A stretch of 64,000 nucleotides of DNA, taken from contig OZ286459.1 of assembly GCA_965644265.1 (NCBI GenBank), positions 53,878,001-53,942,000 of the forward strand, written 5' to 3'. Origin of the DNA: Glycera tridactyla. Its lineage: Eukaryota. Below, piece after piece: positions 63,045-64,000 of this stretch (within the stretch, counting starts at the first letter, position 1; each line of letters starts with the position of its first letter). The translations under genes were made by a program, and so were the position numbers. The notes under the pieces are model-generated. The model was not told where the DNA came from. It saw nothing but the letters and a program-made list of their open reading frames with translations, and ran no database searches.

Positions 63045-63216
63045 CAGTTGAATTTGCTTTCTGAGCCACCTCCATACAGAGACCAACTGCCTACAAAGAC
63101 CACCCTAGGCCACACCATGGTTATATTTTCCACATTAATCAACCTCCCCTGAAAGACCACCTGTCTACAGAGACAATAAATGGTAAACGAAAGTGATCTC
63201 TATACAGGTTTGACCG
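63045..63216. mobile_element. Possible Tc1/pogo-type MITE
   Basis: TA|cagttgaatttg ... caggtttgaccg|TA, with internal agagacc/aaagaccacc repeats; TIR match is imperfect. Confidence 0.4.
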
Positions 63217-64000
63217 TATTGCTCATCATACTGTCTCCGTACGTGAGGCACTATGTAGAGACCAAACATAATTGGCTGAAATGGTCCGCTAACAAATGTC
63301 TTGGATCAAATGCGTTTCAGTTTATGTGGAGCTAAACAGGGTATATAAATGGAACATCCATGTGAAATGAGTAAACATCATGCTCGAGAGTAGAATGTGA
63401 TGATCTAGTATCATTAGAACTGTATTGATCGCCTCTCGCCTTATTGCTTTTTAAACGTACAGTGTCTCATATCCTGGTGAAACCGGGTCATACCATATAT
63501 CTCCTGACTCATCTTAATCCTTCGCTTGATATCTCTTATAATTCGTGAATCACATATGGACCTGGTATCACTTGTATTGCATTCATCGTTTCTCACTTTA
63601 TTGATCAATTGCATTGTAATCGTCCACCTCTTGCTAATATGTCTCGTTCATATCTTTCTTCACCTATATCATTGCCATGTGTGAATATTTTGCAATTCGT
63701 TGTGCATTTGTATATTGTGTCTCGCACTTGAAAAGGGGAGATATTGTTCCCAGGAACTTCCGTCAGATAGTTGAATGTGAAAGTGAAATGCATTCAATTC
63801 AATCCAAAACGTGGAATTGAATTACCTCCAAACATCATGTACACTGAATCACTCAAATTAATACGTAAAATGTGCCTCAAACTTCACTCAAACTTGATAC
63901 ATGATGGCATGAGTACTCAAATTTACAAATTAGACACCTTATTTCCTGTAATGTTATGTAAGCACGAAGTTGAAAACTGTTTTGTCGAAGTCGAGTTATC

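Overview
Eukaryotic, invertebrate-type scaffold with two N gaps. The only host gene I can support is a minus-strand cholinesterase of the acetylcholinesterase family. It has a 1.5-kb exon (ATG at 45618, donor after 44111), a 38.2-kb intron and a 173-bp exon (5862-5690); its terminal exon was not found. The intron and flanks are filled with decayed CR1/L2-type LINEs, Penelope-like elements (PLEs: RT plus GIY-YIG), MITE-like foldbacks, microsatellites and four satellite arrays (90, 76, 26 and 73/89 bp units). The most notable signal is four plus-strand PLE 3' ends (about 36.4, 38.4, 40.9 and 43.8 kb), each carrying a 'split' type I hammerhead ribozyme. The catalytic half (CUGANGA-stem II-GAAA) is separated from its GUH substrate strand by a 77-304 nt helix-III loop, and that loop holds a TATA box 33-44 nt before the cleavage site. 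Stems I and III differ in sequence between copies but keep their pairing, and each unit ends in a short tail abutting a (TA)n tract. PLE-hammerhead association is established. I cannot confirm from the sequence alone that this promoter-in-loop architecture is new.
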